Shown: piece after piece, positions 19,731 through 29,442 of the stretch
Position numbering within the stretch: position 1 is the first letter of the stretch
Layout: every line of letters begins with the position of its first letter
NCBI GenBank assembly: GCA_963816185.1
Contig: CAWFJJ010000025.1
Span: 480,001 to 544,000 of the forward strand
Length of the DNA: 64,000 bases
Source of the DNA: Thermoanaerobaculia bacterium
Lineage (GTDB): Bacteria > Acidobacteriota > Thermoanaerobaculia > UBA5066
Direction of reading: 5' to 3'
The notes under the pieces: generated by a model
Database searches by the model: none
Seen by the model: the letters and a program-made list of their open reading frames with translations, nothing else
What the model was told of the DNA's origin: nothing
Position numbers and translations under genes: made by a program

Positions 19731-19967
19731 AGAACTAGAAGAGGAAGATTCTTCTTAGAAAGAAAGGGGACCCAGGGGATTTTCTGATATTCGGGGCTGC
19801 TGATGCAGCCCGTCCGGCCTGATTGGACGCGGGGGTCCGGGGGCGCCCGAAGGCAAGCCCCCGGAGAGCGCGCGCTTTGCGCGCCGCACAGCGGTCGCGG
19901 ACCCTTGACATCGGTCATTCGGGAAATATCCTTCTTAGCAAGAAAATCTATTCTCTTTCTCTTCTCC
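19731..19967. repeat. Structured palindromic intergenic repeat (REP/MITE-like), copy 1
   Basis: Shares TTCTGATATTCGGGGCTGCnGATGCAGCCC and GCGCGCCGCnCAGCGGTCGnnGACCCTTGACA blocks with 43213..43469; lies between convergent genes. Confidence 0.8.
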
Positions 19968-21125
19968 TCACAGCGGGCGCGTGTTCGTCATCATCGAGAG
20001 GAGCCGCGCGCCCTTCGGAATCGAGGAGAACGCGTGGAACAGCAGGACGACGCCGTCGTCCGGCGCGCGGACCTCCACGACGGAGTCCTGCGCGCGCGGC
20101 GGGATCGAGCAGCGCGAGGGATCGACCATGCGGGCGAGGAGATCGCCTTTTCTCACGGGGGTTCCGGGCGAAAGCGTGGCGTCCAGGAGTCCCGAGGCCG
20201 GCGCGTAGACGGACTTGTAGTCGAGCACGCTGCACGCCACGATGCGATACGCAGGCTCGTCGGGCTCGCCGTCGAGGACACCGTAATAGCGCAGGACCGA
20301 GGCGATTCGCCTGGCATCCTCGACGCCCTGGGCCATCGAGAACGCGTTCATGGAGCCCAGCTCGACCGTGAACCCGTCCACGAACCGCCGGACGTCCGTG
20401 CGATTCAGGCGGCGAAAGGCTTCCGAAAGGTCGTTCCACGGCACGAACGACGCCTCGTCCAGAGCGCCGGCGAAGCGGGGCGGCACCTCGAGGACGAAGG
20501 GGATCCCGAAGGCGCGCGTCGCCGCGATCGCGCCCTCGGGCGCGTAGACGTATCGCGGGGCGCGGTCACCCGTGTGGAGATCGAGGACGACGTCGGCCTC
20601 GATCGCGAGCTCCTGGATCGCGAGGGCGAACTCGAGGCGGGACTCCATGCCCCACGGCCCGACGGAGTCGCGCACGGCCGCGAGCGCGGCTTTGAGGGCT
20701 TCGCGGAAGCCGTCCCGGATCTCGGCGAGCGTTGCGTCGCGGTGGACGGCGGCGAAGGCGTCCACGTCCACGTAGCACGCGGAGCTGCCGCGCGAGGGCC
20801 CCGTCAGGTTGATGTAACCGCGGTTGAAGTTGAGTCCGCTCGCGAAGTCGAAAACGCCCGACACGTAGTCGCCGATCTGCTGGTTCGCCGCGACCGGATT
20901 CACGCGGGGCACGAGGATGAGGCTTCCGCGCGGGGGCTCTTTCTCGAGGAGGTCGAAGAGGGCGAGGATCGCCGCGTTACCCTGCAGCTCGGCTCCGTGG
21001 ACGTTCGCCTGGATGTACGCGAGTGGCCGCGGATTACGGCCATGGCAGCAGAAGACCGGGGCGGTCATCGCCTGGCCGACGGCACTCGTCCGGAGGACGA
21101 GCTCCTTGCGCTCCCAGTGGGCCAT
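19968..21125 (-). CDS. Succinylglutamate desuccinylase/aspartoacylase (M14-like) family protein
   Basis: ANVHGAELQG, VPRVNP, NFNR, LDLHTG, TVELG, C-terminal APxxG barrel-sandwich domain. Confidence 0.88.
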   Translation of the reverse strand: MAHWERKELVLRTSAVGQAMTAPVFCCHGRNPRPLAYIQANVHGAELQGNAAILALFDLLEKEPPRGSLILVPRVNPVAANQQIGDYVSGVFDFASGLNFNRGYINLTGPSRGSSACYVDVDAFAAVHRDATLAEIRDGFREALKAALAAVRDSVGPWGMESRLEFALAIQELAIEADVVLDLHTGDRAPRYVYAPEGAIAATRAFGIPFVLEVPPRFAGALDEASFVPWNDLSEAFRRLNRTDVRRFVDGFTVELGSMNAFSMAQGVEDARRIASVLRYYGVLDGEPDEPAYRIVACSVLDYKSVYAPASGLLDATLSPGTPVRKGDLLARMVDPSRCSIPPRAQDSVVEVRAPDDGVVLLFHAFSSIPKGARLLSMMTNTRPL

Positions 21126-21163
21126 GTTCGAGAAGAAGTCTACAGGTGAGTCGGTGACATCAC

Positions 21164-22600
21164 TCAGGGCTTTTGCGGTCCAGGTGTCGCGAGCGGAGGC
21201 GGGAGCGGGACGTCGCTCCATCCGCCGCCGAGCGCGCGATAGAAGGATACGAAGGCCGTGAGCCGGTCGCGGCGCGTCTGGACGAGGGCGGTCTCGGCGG
21301 GGAGAAGCTGCTGGAGCGCGTCGAGGACCTCGAAATAGGCCGAGAGTCCGGACTCGTACCGCCGGGTCGCGAGGCGCACCGACTCCCGCGCCGCATTGAC
21401 CGCGCGGGCGCGCTCGGCCTCCTCGGCGGCGAGCTTGTCGATCGCGACGAGATCGCTCGAGACTTCTCCCAGGGCTCGCGTGACCGCCTGCTCGTACGTC
21501 ACGCGGGCCTCGTCGAACTGCGCGCGCGCGGCGCGTTCCTGCGAGCGAAGGCCGCCTCCGGCGAAAAGAGGGCCGAGAAGGCCCGCCCCGATGGACCAGG
21601 TTCGCCCGGCGGCGAAGAGGTCGCGAAGGCTTGGGCTGAGCCCGCCGAGGAGCCCTGTGAGGCTCAGCGTGGGGTAGAAGGCCGCGCGCGCGACGCCGAC
21701 GTTCGCGTTCGCGGCGATGAAGTTCTGCTCGGCCGCACGCACGTCGGGCCGCCGAAGGAGGAGCGCCGACGGCAGCCCCGCGGGGACGGCGGGCGGCAGG
21801 GCCTGCTCGGTGAGGACGCCGCCGCGCGGGACGGGCCCGGGCGGGCGCCCGAGGAGGAGCGTGATCTGGTTCTCGCGCGCCACGATGCGCTGCTCGAGGA
21901 CCGGAATTCCGGCCGACGCGTTCGCGAGGAGGACCTCGGCCCGCGAGGTCTCGAGAGCGGAGGCGGCGCCGCCCTCGAGCCGGCGGTTGAAGAGGTCGTA
22001 CGTGTCCTGGAACGTCGCGCGCGTGCGCCGCGAGATCTCGAGCTCCGCGTCCAGCTCCCGGAGGTCGAAGTACGCCGACGCGACGTCCGCGACGAGCGAG
22101 AGGTCGACGCCGCGTCGTCCCTCCTCGGTCGCGAGGTACTGCGCCCGCGCCGCCTCGTTCAACCGGCGGATGCGCCCCCAGACGTCGAGCTCCCAGGACA
22201 GGAGGCCGTTCGCGGAGACCTGATTTCCGGTCACGTTTCCAGGCGTGGAATATTTCGACGTGTGCACGCGGCTCACGCCCGCCGAAACGCCGATTTCCGG
22301 GTAATAGAGCGAGCCCGCGATGCCGTAGCGGGCCCGCGCCTCCTCGACGCGCGCCGCGGCGAGGCGCACGTCGTAGCCGTTGCGGAGCGCCTCCTCGATC
22401 AGCGAGCGGAGAGCCGGGTCGTTGAAGAGATCCCACCACTTCGTGTCCGCGAGCGACGCTTCCGAGGAGGGCCCGGGCGATCCGTAGAAGCTCTCGGGCG
22501 CGGGAAGGTCGGGTCGCCTGTAGTTCGGGCCCACCGCGCAGCCTGCGAGCGTGCCGGCTGCGGCGACGACGAACGCGAGGACAGGGGTGATGCGCTTCAC
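21164..22600 (-). CDS. RND efflux outer-membrane factor lipoprotein (OprM/NodT)
   Basis: LAGCAVGPNYRRP lipobox, SWELDVWG, LLRRPDV, YRALGGGW. Confidence 0.95.
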   Translation of the reverse strand: MKRITPVLAFVVAAAGTLAGCAVGPNYRRPDLPAPESFYGSPGPSSEASLADTKWWDLFNDPALRSLIEEALRNGYDVRLAAARVEEARARYGIAGSLYYPEIGVSAGVSRVHTSKYSTPGNVTGNQVSANGLLSWELDVWGRIRRLNEAARAQYLATEEGRRGVDLSLVADVASAYFDLRELDAELEISRRTRATFQDTYDLFNRRLEGGAASALETSRAEVLLANASAGIPVLEQRIVARENQITLLLGRPPGPVPRGGVLTEQALPPAVPAGLPSALLLRRPDVRAAEQNFIAANANVGVARAAFYPTLSLTGLLGGLSPSLRDLFAAGRTWSIGAGLLGPLFAGGGLRSQERAARAQFDEARVTYEQAVTRALGEVSSDLVAIDKLAAEEAERARAVNAARESVRLATRRYESGLSAYFEVLDALQQLLPAETALVQTRRDRLTAFVSFYRALGGGWSDVPLPPPLATPGPQKP

Positions 22601-25600
22601 GGACGAGCCTCCGACGAGGCGAGGGCGGGCGACGCCTGCGTCTTCCCGCGCATGCTTCCGAGCCTTCGCTCGACGACGACGAAGAGAACCGGGATGAGAA
22701 AGACTCCGAGGCAGGTCGCGGAGAGCATCCCCGCGACGACGACGGTGCCGAGAATCCTCCGCGCGGAGGCGCCCGCGCCCTGGGCGATCCAGAGCGGCAC
22801 GCAGCCGAGGATGAAGGCGAACGACGTCATGAGGATGGGCCTCAGGCGAAGCTGCGCGCCCTCGAGCGCGGCCTCGACGAGGTCCTTCCCCGCCTCGAGC
22901 CTCGCCTTCGCGAATTCCACGATCAGGATCGCGTTCTTGGCCGCGAGGCCGATGAGGACGATGAGGCCGATCTGCCCGTAGACGTCGAAGTCGTAATGGC
23001 GAAGGAGGAGACCGAGGAAACCGCCGAGGACCGCGACGGGCACCGACAGGAGAACGCTGAGCGGCAGCGACCAGCTTTCGTAAAGGGCCGCGAGGATGAG
23101 AAAGACGAACACGAGCGAGAGAGCGAAGATCCGCCCGGTCGTGCCCGACGCCTTCTTCTCCTGATAGGACAGGTCCGACCAGTCGTATCCGATCTCGCGC
23201 GGGAGAGTCTGCGCGGCGACCTGCTCGAGCGCCGCCATCGCCTGGCCCGAGCTGTAGCCCGCGGCCGCGCTGCCCGTGACCTGCGCGGCGCGGTAGAGGT
23301 TGAACCGCTGCGTGTATTCGGGCCCGGCGACCTGGCGGATCGTCGTCAACGCCGAGAGCGGCACCATCTGTCCCTGCGTGTTACGCACGTAGAACCCCGC
23401 GATGTCCTCGGGCTTGAGCCGGTCCGCGGCGTCCGCCTGCATGAAGACGCGCCACTGGCGGCCGAAGCGGTTGAACTGGTTGATGTACGTCCCGCCCAGG
23501 AACGTCTGTAGGCTCTGGTACACGTCGGCGACGGGGACGCCCTGCTTGAGGGCCTTGTCCCGGTCGACGTCGACGAAGACCTGCGGCACGGCGGCGCGGA
23601 ACGCGCTGTTCACGTTTCCGATCTCCGGCCTCTTGCGCGCCGCCTCGAGGAACTTCTGCAGGTTCTCGTTCAGGAAGTCCACCGAGCCGCCCGTCCGGTC
23701 CTGAAGCCAGAGCGAGAATCCCCCGGCATAGCCCAGGCCGGGAATCGCCGGCGGCATGAACGCGAAAATGGTTGCCTCGGAGATCTCGGATCGAAAGCGC
23801 TTGTTCAGGCGGTCGATCAGGCTCTTGGCGTCGAGGCCGCCCTTGTCACGCTCGTGCCACGGCTCGAGCGACACGAAGAAGAAGCCGTTGTACGTCGCCG
23901 AGACGAACGAGAGAAGGCTGAAACCGGCGACTGTGTTGTAGTACTTGATGCCCTTCGTCTCGCCGAGGATCTTCTCGACCTTGCGGCAGACATCGTCGGT
24001 GCGTTGCAGCGAGGCCGCGTCTGGGAGCTGGATGTTCAGGTAGAAGTAACCCGGGTCCTCGTCGGGAACGAAGCTCCCCGGGATCTTCTTGCCGAGGCCC
24101 AAGGCGGCGACGGCGAAGACCGCGAGGATCAGAAGGGCGACGACCGAACGGCGGATGAGGAGGCCGGACACCGAGATGTAGCCGCTCCTGGCGCGCGTGA
24201 AGATCCGGTTGAAGCCGCCGAAGAACCGCGCGAGGACGCCCCGGCTCTCCGTACGCGGGCGGAGGAGCAGCGCCGAGAGCGCGGGCGAAAGGCTGAGCGC
24301 ATTGAATGCGGAGATGAGGACGGAGATCGCGATCGTCACCGCGAACTGCTTGTTCAGCCGCCCCTGGATGCCGCCGAGGAAGGCGACGGGCAGGAAGACG
24401 GACGACAGGATGAGCGCGATCGCGACGACGGGACCCGACACCTCGCGCATGGCCTGGAGCGTCGCGTCGCGCGGCGTCATTCCCTCCTCGATGTGGTGCT
24501 CGACCGCCTCGACGACGACGATCGCGTCGTCCACGACGAGCCCGATCGCGAGGACGAGCCCGAAGAGAGACAACGTGTTGATCGAGAACCCGAGGAGCGG
24601 AAAGACTGCGAACGTGCCGATGAGCGAAACCGGGACGGCGACGAGAGGGATGAGCGTCGCCCGCCAATTCTGGAGGAACAGGAAGACGACGAGGAGGACG
24701 AGAAGCAGGGCCTCACTGAGCGTGATGACGATCTCGCGGATGCCTTCGGTGACGGGCGCCGTCGTGTCGACGGAGACCGCGTAGTCGATGTCCTCCGGGA
24801 AGCGCTGTTTGAGCTCCTCCATCGCCTTGCGGACGGCCTGGGACACGGAGAGCGCGTTCGACCCTGGCGCCCCGTAGATGGCGATGATCGACGCCGCCTT
24901 CCCGTTCATGCGTCCGATCTGCTTGTACGTCAGCGCGCCGAGCTCGATGCGCGAGACGTCGCCCAGGCGCACGACCGAGCCGTCCGGGTTCAGGCGGACG
25001 ACGATCTTCGCGAACTGCTCCGGCGTCAGGAGCCGGCCCTGGGAGCGGACCGCGTACGTGAACTCCTGGCCCTTCGGTGCCGGCTCGGCGCCGACCTGAC
25101 CGGCGGGATTGACGGTGCTCTGCTGCTGAACCGCGCGCGCGAGGTCGGCGACCGTGAGGCCTAGCTTCGCGAGCTGATCGGGATGGATCCAGATCCGCAT
25201 CGCGTACTCGGACGCGCCGAAGTTGAGGACCTGCCCGACGCCGTTGACCCGGTAGAGCGCGTCGTTGACGTTGATGAGCGCGTAGTTTCCGAGGAAGAGG
25301 CCGTCGTACGTCCCCTTCGGCGAGAAGAGCGAAATGAGCACGAGCGGCGTGCCCTGCGTCTTGCGGTAGGTGAGCCCGAACTGGTTCACCTCGACCGGGA
25401 GGCTCGGCAGAGCCTGCGCCACGCGGTTCTGCGCGTTCACCTGGTCGGCGTTGCGGTCGGTGCCGACGTCGAACGTGACCCTCACGGTGATCGTGCCGTC
25501 GTTCGCGTTGACCGACTGGAGGTAGAGCATGTCCTCGACGCCGTTCATCTGCTGCTCGATCGGCGTCGCGACGGACTGCTCGATCGTGAGAGCGTCGGCG

Positions 25601-25752
25601 CCCGGGTACGAGGTCTGGATCTGAATGAGCGGCGGGACGATGTCGGGAAACTGCTCGACGGGCAGGCCGAGCATCGCGATGAGGCCGCCGAGGACGGTCA
25701 GGATCGCGATGACGATCGCGACGATGGGCCTGTTGATGAAGAAGCGGGCCAC
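22597..25752 (-). CDS. RND efflux permease (HAE1/AcrB family)
   Basis: FFINRPIVA, GLVVDDAIVVVE, GLAAKNAILIVEFA, RLRPILMTS; 1051 aa. Confidence 0.97.
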   Translation of the reverse strand: MARFFINRPIVAIVIAILTVLGGLIAMLGLPVEQFPDIVPPLIQIQTSYPGADALTIEQSVATPIEQQMNGVEDMLYLQSVNANDGTITVRVTFDVGTDRNADQVNAQNRVAQALPSLPVEVNQFGLTYRKTQGTPLVLISLFSPKGTYDGLFLGNYALINVNDALYRVNGVGQVLNFGASEYAMRIWIHPDQLAKLGLTVADLARAVQQQSTVNPAGQVGAEPAPKGQEFTYAVRSQGRLLTPEQFAKIVVRLNPDGSVVRLGDVSRIELGALTYKQIGRMNGKAASIIAIYGAPGSNALSVSQAVRKAMEELKQRFPEDIDYAVSVDTTAPVTEGIREIVITLSEALLLVLLVVFLFLQNWRATLIPLVAVPVSLIGTFAVFPLLGFSINTLSLFGLVLAIGLVVDDAIVVVEAVEHHIEEGMTPRDATLQAMREVSGPVVAIALILSSVFLPVAFLGGIQGRLNKQFAVTIAISVLISAFNALSLSPALSALLLRPRTESRGVLARFFGGFNRIFTRARSGYISVSGLLIRRSVVALLILAVFAVAALGLGKKIPGSFVPDEDPGYFYLNIQLPDAASLQRTDDVCRKVEKILGETKGIKYYNTVAGFSLLSFVSATYNGFFFVSLEPWHERDKGGLDAKSLIDRLNKRFRSEISEATIFAFMPPAIPGLGYAGGFSLWLQDRTGGSVDFLNENLQKFLEAARKRPEIGNVNSAFRAAVPQVFVDVDRDKALKQGVPVADVYQSLQTFLGGTYINQFNRFGRQWRVFMQADAADRLKPEDIAGFYVRNTQGQMVPLSALTTIRQVAGPEYTQRFNLYRAAQVTGSAAAGYSSGQAMAALEQVAAQTLPREIGYDWSDLSYQEKKASGTTGRIFALSLVFVFLILAALYESWSLPLSVLLSVPVAVLGGFLGLLLRHYDFDVYGQIGLIVLIGLAAKNAILIVEFAKARLEAGKDLVEAALEGAQLRLRPILMTSFAFILGCVPLWIAQGAGASARRILGTVVVAGMLSATCLGVFLIPVLFVVVERRLGSMRGKTQASPALASSEARP

Positions 25753-25756
25753 GGCG

Positions 25757-26893
25757 TCACTTCCCGGCGCTCGCGGTCAGGGGCGGCGCGGCCGTCGTCG
25801 AGGGCGCTGCCGCCGCGGCGTCGACGGGCGCGACCGCCGTCCCCGTCTTGACGCGGGAGAACCCTTCGACGACGACGCGCTCCCCGGCGGCGAGCCCGCT
25901 CTCGATGACCCACATGCTCCCCACGCGCTCGGCCGCCTTGACCGTCCGGATCTGCGCCTTGTCGTCCGCGCCGATGACCGCGACCTGATACGCGCCCTGC
26001 ATCTCGTTGACCGCGCGCTGGGGGATCAGGATCGCGCCCTTCCGCACCTTCACGACCGCGCGAACCTTCGCGTACTGACCGGGACGGAGGACGTTGCCTG
26101 GGTTTGGGAAGAGTCCGATGGCGGCGATCGTTCCGGTGCGCACGTCCACCTCGCGCCCCGTGAGGAGAACGTGTCCCTTGCGCGGGAAGACGGTGCCGTC
26201 CGAGAGGATGAGCTCGAGCTGGGCATTCCGCATGGCCGGATCTCGCTCGAGCGCGAGGTACTCCTGCTCGCCGAGCTGGTAGAGGACGCGCAGGGGATCC
26301 ACCTTGGAGACCGTCGTGAGCACGGTCTGCCCGTTGACGAGGTCGCCGACCTGCTGCTGCGCGATTCCCGCGATGCCCGGAATCGGGGACGTGACCCGGG
26401 TCCACGACAGGTTGAGCCTGGCCTGTGCGACGGCCGCCTCGAGGGCGCCGACCGTCGCCCGCGCTCCACGCTGCGCCGAGCGCGCGTTGTCGAGCTCCTG
26501 CTGGCTGATGGCGTGCTCGGTCGCGAGAGGCTCGGCGCGCGCCACGTCGAGGTCCGCCTTCGCGAGCGCGGCCTTCGCCTGCTCGAGGTTCGCCTGCGCC
26601 TGCTGGAGCTGGGCCTCGAACTGGCGCGGATCGATCTCGAAGAGGAGCTCGCCCTGCTGGACGAAACTTCCCTCCTTGTAGACGCGCCGGAGGAGGTAAC
26701 CCTCCACGTGCGGCCGGATGTCCGCGTTCACGTCCCCCTCCGTCGTGCCGATCCACTCCCTCACGATCGGCTCGTCGCGCTGGATCGCCGGGGTCACGAC
26801 GACCTTCGGAGGGGCGGCGGGCGCCGGAGCCTTCCCGCGGGAACAGGCGAGCGCGGCGAGGGGAAGGGCGAGGACGAGGAGGTGTCTTCTCAT
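25757..26893 (-). CDS. RND efflux periplasmic adaptor (MFP)
   Basis: Lipobox LAC, LFEIDPR, LSWTRVTSPIPG, NPGNVLRPGQY. Confidence 0.95.
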   Translation of the reverse strand: MRRHLLVLALPLAALACSRGKAPAPAAPPKVVVTPAIQRDEPIVREWIGTTEGDVNADIRPHVEGYLLRRVYKEGSFVQQGELLFEIDPRQFEAQLQQAQANLEQAKAALAKADLDVARAEPLATEHAISQQELDNARSAQRGARATVGALEAAVAQARLNLSWTRVTSPIPGIAGIAQQQVGDLVNGQTVLTTVSKVDPLRVLYQLGEQEYLALERDPAMRNAQLELILSDGTVFPRKGHVLLTGREVDVRTGTIAAIGLFPNPGNVLRPGQYAKVRAVVKVRKGAILIPQRAVNEMQGAYQVAVIGADDKAQIRTVKAAERVGSMWVIESGLAAGERVVVEGFSRVKTGTAVAPVDAAAAAPSTTAAPPLTASAGK

Positions 26894-27726
26894 GCGATCT
26901 CTCTTCCGATCTCTTTTCCACCGGCTCCGCCGGGAGGAACGGTGAGGACGGGACAATGGGCGCCGCGCACGATCGGGTGCGTGACCCCACCGAGGACGTG
27001 GCGGTGGACCCCGACGACAAGAAGGTCGGCGGACTCCTCCTCGGCGATCCGCACGAGGACGTGCGACGGCGAGCCGGGAACCACGCGGGTCGAAACGCGC
27101 CCGGGGGACGCGTCGAGGGAAGCGACGGCGCGGCCGACGCTCCGGCGCGCCTCCTCGAGGAGGGCCGGTCCGTAGGACGCGGGAACGAGGCCGTGCCTGC
27201 CCTCCTCCGGCAGATCCTTCACCGCGTGAACGACGACGAGCTCGGCTGAGGAGCGGCGCGCGAGGGCGGCCGCATAGCGCAGGGGCGCGGGATCCTCGAG
27301 GTCGGCGCCGCACACGACCTTCCGGATCGGGCCGCCCGCGTGCCAGGAGCCGCGGAGCGTCGCGACCGGCCGGCCGGCCCGGTGCAGCACCTTCTCGGCG
27401 ACGGACCCGAGCATCAGACGCTCCAAACCCCGGCCGCCGTGCGTCCCCATGACGATGGCCGGCGCGCCGAGCGCCGCGGCGCGCCGGACGATCGAATCCG
27501 CGGGTTCGCCCTCTGCGGATTCCGTGTGGACGGAAAGGCCCGTCCCGGCGAGGCCTTCGGCGAGCGCCGCGAGGCGTGCGATCGCGTCCGCCGCGTCTCC
27601 GCGCTCCCTCGCGTGAAAGAGCGTGATCGGGGCGCCGGTGAGCCCCGCGAAAACGCCGGCAAATCGCACGGTCGTCTCCGCGAGGGCGGTGAGGTCGACG
27701 GCGCACAGGACGGGCGCGGACATCAC
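26890..27726 (-). CDS. Tandem universal stress protein
   Basis: Two USP domains; VMGTHGGRGLERLMLGSVAEKV, CPVLTVP. Confidence 0.9.
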   Translation of the reverse strand: MMSAPVLCAVDLTALAETTVRFAGVFAGLTGAPITLFHARERGDAADAIARLAALAEGLAGTGLSVHTESAEGEPADSIVRRAAALGAPAIVMGTHGGRGLERLMLGSVAEKVLHRAGRPVATLRGSWHAGGPIRKVVCGADLEDPAPLRYAAALARRSSAELVVVHAVKDLPEEGRHGLVPASYGPALLEEARRSVGRAVASLDASPGRVSTRVVPGSPSHVLVRIAEEESADLLVVGVHRHVLGGVTHPIVRGAHCPVLTVPPGGAGGKEIGREIA

Positions 27727-28334
27727 GCCGTCCCTCGATCGGCCGAGAGGCCGGCGACGAAAACGTCCCGGAGAAAGCGCGCGTCGGCCTCGGGAGGAGG
27801 CGGCTGCTTTTCGTGAATACGCCTGAGGATGAGGTCTCGCGCGGCGCCGGCGATCGCGATGGCGGACCGCTCCGGATCGAGGCTCTTCAGCTCGCCCCGC
27901 CGCCGCCCGCGCCTGATCAACGCGGCGAGCTGCTCGATGTGGAGGCGGTAGCGGCGGCTCTGCCGCAGCCGGCGGTCCTCCGAGTACTCGCCGGAGGCGA
28001 AATAGGGGCGGAAGAAGTCACGGTTCTCGTCGAAATAGGCGAACTGCGCGGTGAGGACACGCTCGAGCGCTTCGGCGAAGGGCTCCGCCCCGGCGCCGTC
28101 GGCGGCGTGCTGCAGGCGTTCGAGGAGATCGTCGACCGCGGCTCCGATCGTCTTCTCGAGGATCTCGTCCCGGGAGCGGAAATAAAGGTAGAGAGTTCCC
28201 TTCGCGACACCTGCCTCGCGGGCGATGTCGTCGACGGTCGTCTTCTCGAGTCCCTTGCGCCCGACCACCCGCATCGCCGCCTCGCAGATCGCGCGGCAAC
28301 GGAATTCCTCGACCACCTGCTTCTTCGTCGGCAT
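27723..28334 (-). CDS. TetR/AcrR-family regulator
   Basis: TTVDDIAREAGVAKGTLYLYFRSRDEI. Confidence 0.93.
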   Translation of the reverse strand: MPTKKQVVEEFRCRAICEAAMRVVGRKGLEKTTVDDIAREAGVAKGTLYLYFRSRDEILEKTIGAAVDDLLERLQHAADGAGAEPFAEALERVLTAQFAYFDENRDFFRPYFASGEYSEDRRLRQSRRYRLHIEQLAALIRRGRRRGELKSLDPERSAIAIAGAARDLILRRIHEKQPPPPEADARFLRDVFVAGLSADRGTA

Positions 28335-28360
28335 AGAAAAGAAAATGGCTAGTCCAACAA

Positions 28361-28404
28361 ACTGACCAGGGCGTTATTTGGACTGACCACACGGTCATTG
28401 TCAA
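28361..28404 (-). promoter_or_regulatory. Putative TetR operator and -35 element of the efflux operon
   Basis: Palindrome TGACC-ACAC-GGTCA at 28384-28397 next to minus-strand TTGACA (28399-28404); extra ACTGACCA half-site at 28361. Confidence 0.65.
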
Positions 28405-28440
28405 GCCCTGCTTCAGGTGCCGACGAACACCGTGGTTGCG

Positions 28441-29367
28441 CTACTCCCTGGCCACCGGTACGAGGAAGCTCGTCGAGACCTTGCCGCTGCCCTCCCGGCC
28501 GGCCGCGCCATGGAGCTTCGACAGGTCCAGCGTGACGGTGACCGTCTCGCCCGGCGCGAAGTCGCGGGACGGCGAGAACCGCAGGAGCCCGTCGCGCTCG
28601 AGGTACGACACGGTGCCGGGGATCTCGCCCGACTTCGACCCGAGCGCGAGAACCGCGTTCTCGCCCACGCCGTCCGGCGCGAGCGGCGCGGAGAGGAGGA
28701 ACGTCACGGTCACGCGCCGGGCGGACACGATCGAGCCCTTCGCGGGGAAGACGTCTGCGGCTCCGGGAGCGGGCATGCCCGACTCGCCGTGGCCGCCGAG
28801 GGGGATCACGACGAAGACGGGAGGAAGAGGCAGGGGAGGAGGCGGCGGGAGGTGCGAATGCCGCGCGCCGAGTATCGCGAGGATGACGATCGCGACGACC
28901 GTGAGGGCCGCCACGACGATCCAGAAGACGGGCACCTTCTTCAGGACGACGCTGACGGTCGTCTTCTGGCCCGCGGAAATCTCGAAAGTCTTGTCGCCCG
29001 GGTTCTCGAGGGCCTCGATGTCGCCCTCCGCCGTGAGGCGCCGGGTCACTCGGAGGCGGTACTTGCCGGGGGTCAGGTCCGTGAGGCTCCACGCCGGCGC
29101 CATCGAGCGCCCGACGGTTTCCTCACCCGAGGCGGTCACGCGGTCGAGCTCGGACAGGACCGGGTACGGAACGGCTTGCCCCGCGTCGCGGTCGCCCGCT
29201 TTCTCGAACACGGAGACGACGAGCGCACCGGTTCGCGGCGCGGACGATCCGGCTGGGCCCTCGAGCGCGGAGCGCTGGACGCCGATCGACACGCAGCCGT
29301 CGAAAGCGAGCGGCGCGAGGGCGACGAGGAGGGTTCTGGCGACGGGGCGAAGGAGCGGGCGGCGCAT
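28441..29367 (-). CDS. Hypothetical exported/membrane protein with C-terminal Ig-like domain
   Basis: Signal peptide with possible lipobox Cys, internal TM, Pro-rich linker, Big_5-like VFP...LRFSP. Confidence 0.65.
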   Translation of the reverse strand: MRRPLLRPVARTLLVALAPLAFDGCVSIGVQRSALEGPAGSSAPRTGALVVSVFEKAGDRDAGQAVPYPVLSELDRVTASGEETVGRSMAPAWSLTDLTPGKYRLRVTRRLTAEGDIEALENPGDKTFEISAGQKTTVSVVLKKVPVFWIVVAALTVVAIVILAILGARHSHLPPPPPLPLPPVFVVIPLGGHGESGMPAPGAADVFPAKGSIVSARRVTVTFLLSAPLAPDGVGENAVLALGSKSGEIPGTVSYLERDGLLRFSPSRDFAPGETVTVTLDLSKLHGAAGREGSGKVSTSFLVPVARE

Positions 29368-29442
29368 GACGATGTCCTCTCATGAAGCATGCCACCGGAA
29401 TCGTCCTCTTCGGGAACCGCTCGTCCCCTAAGATCCGACTCG

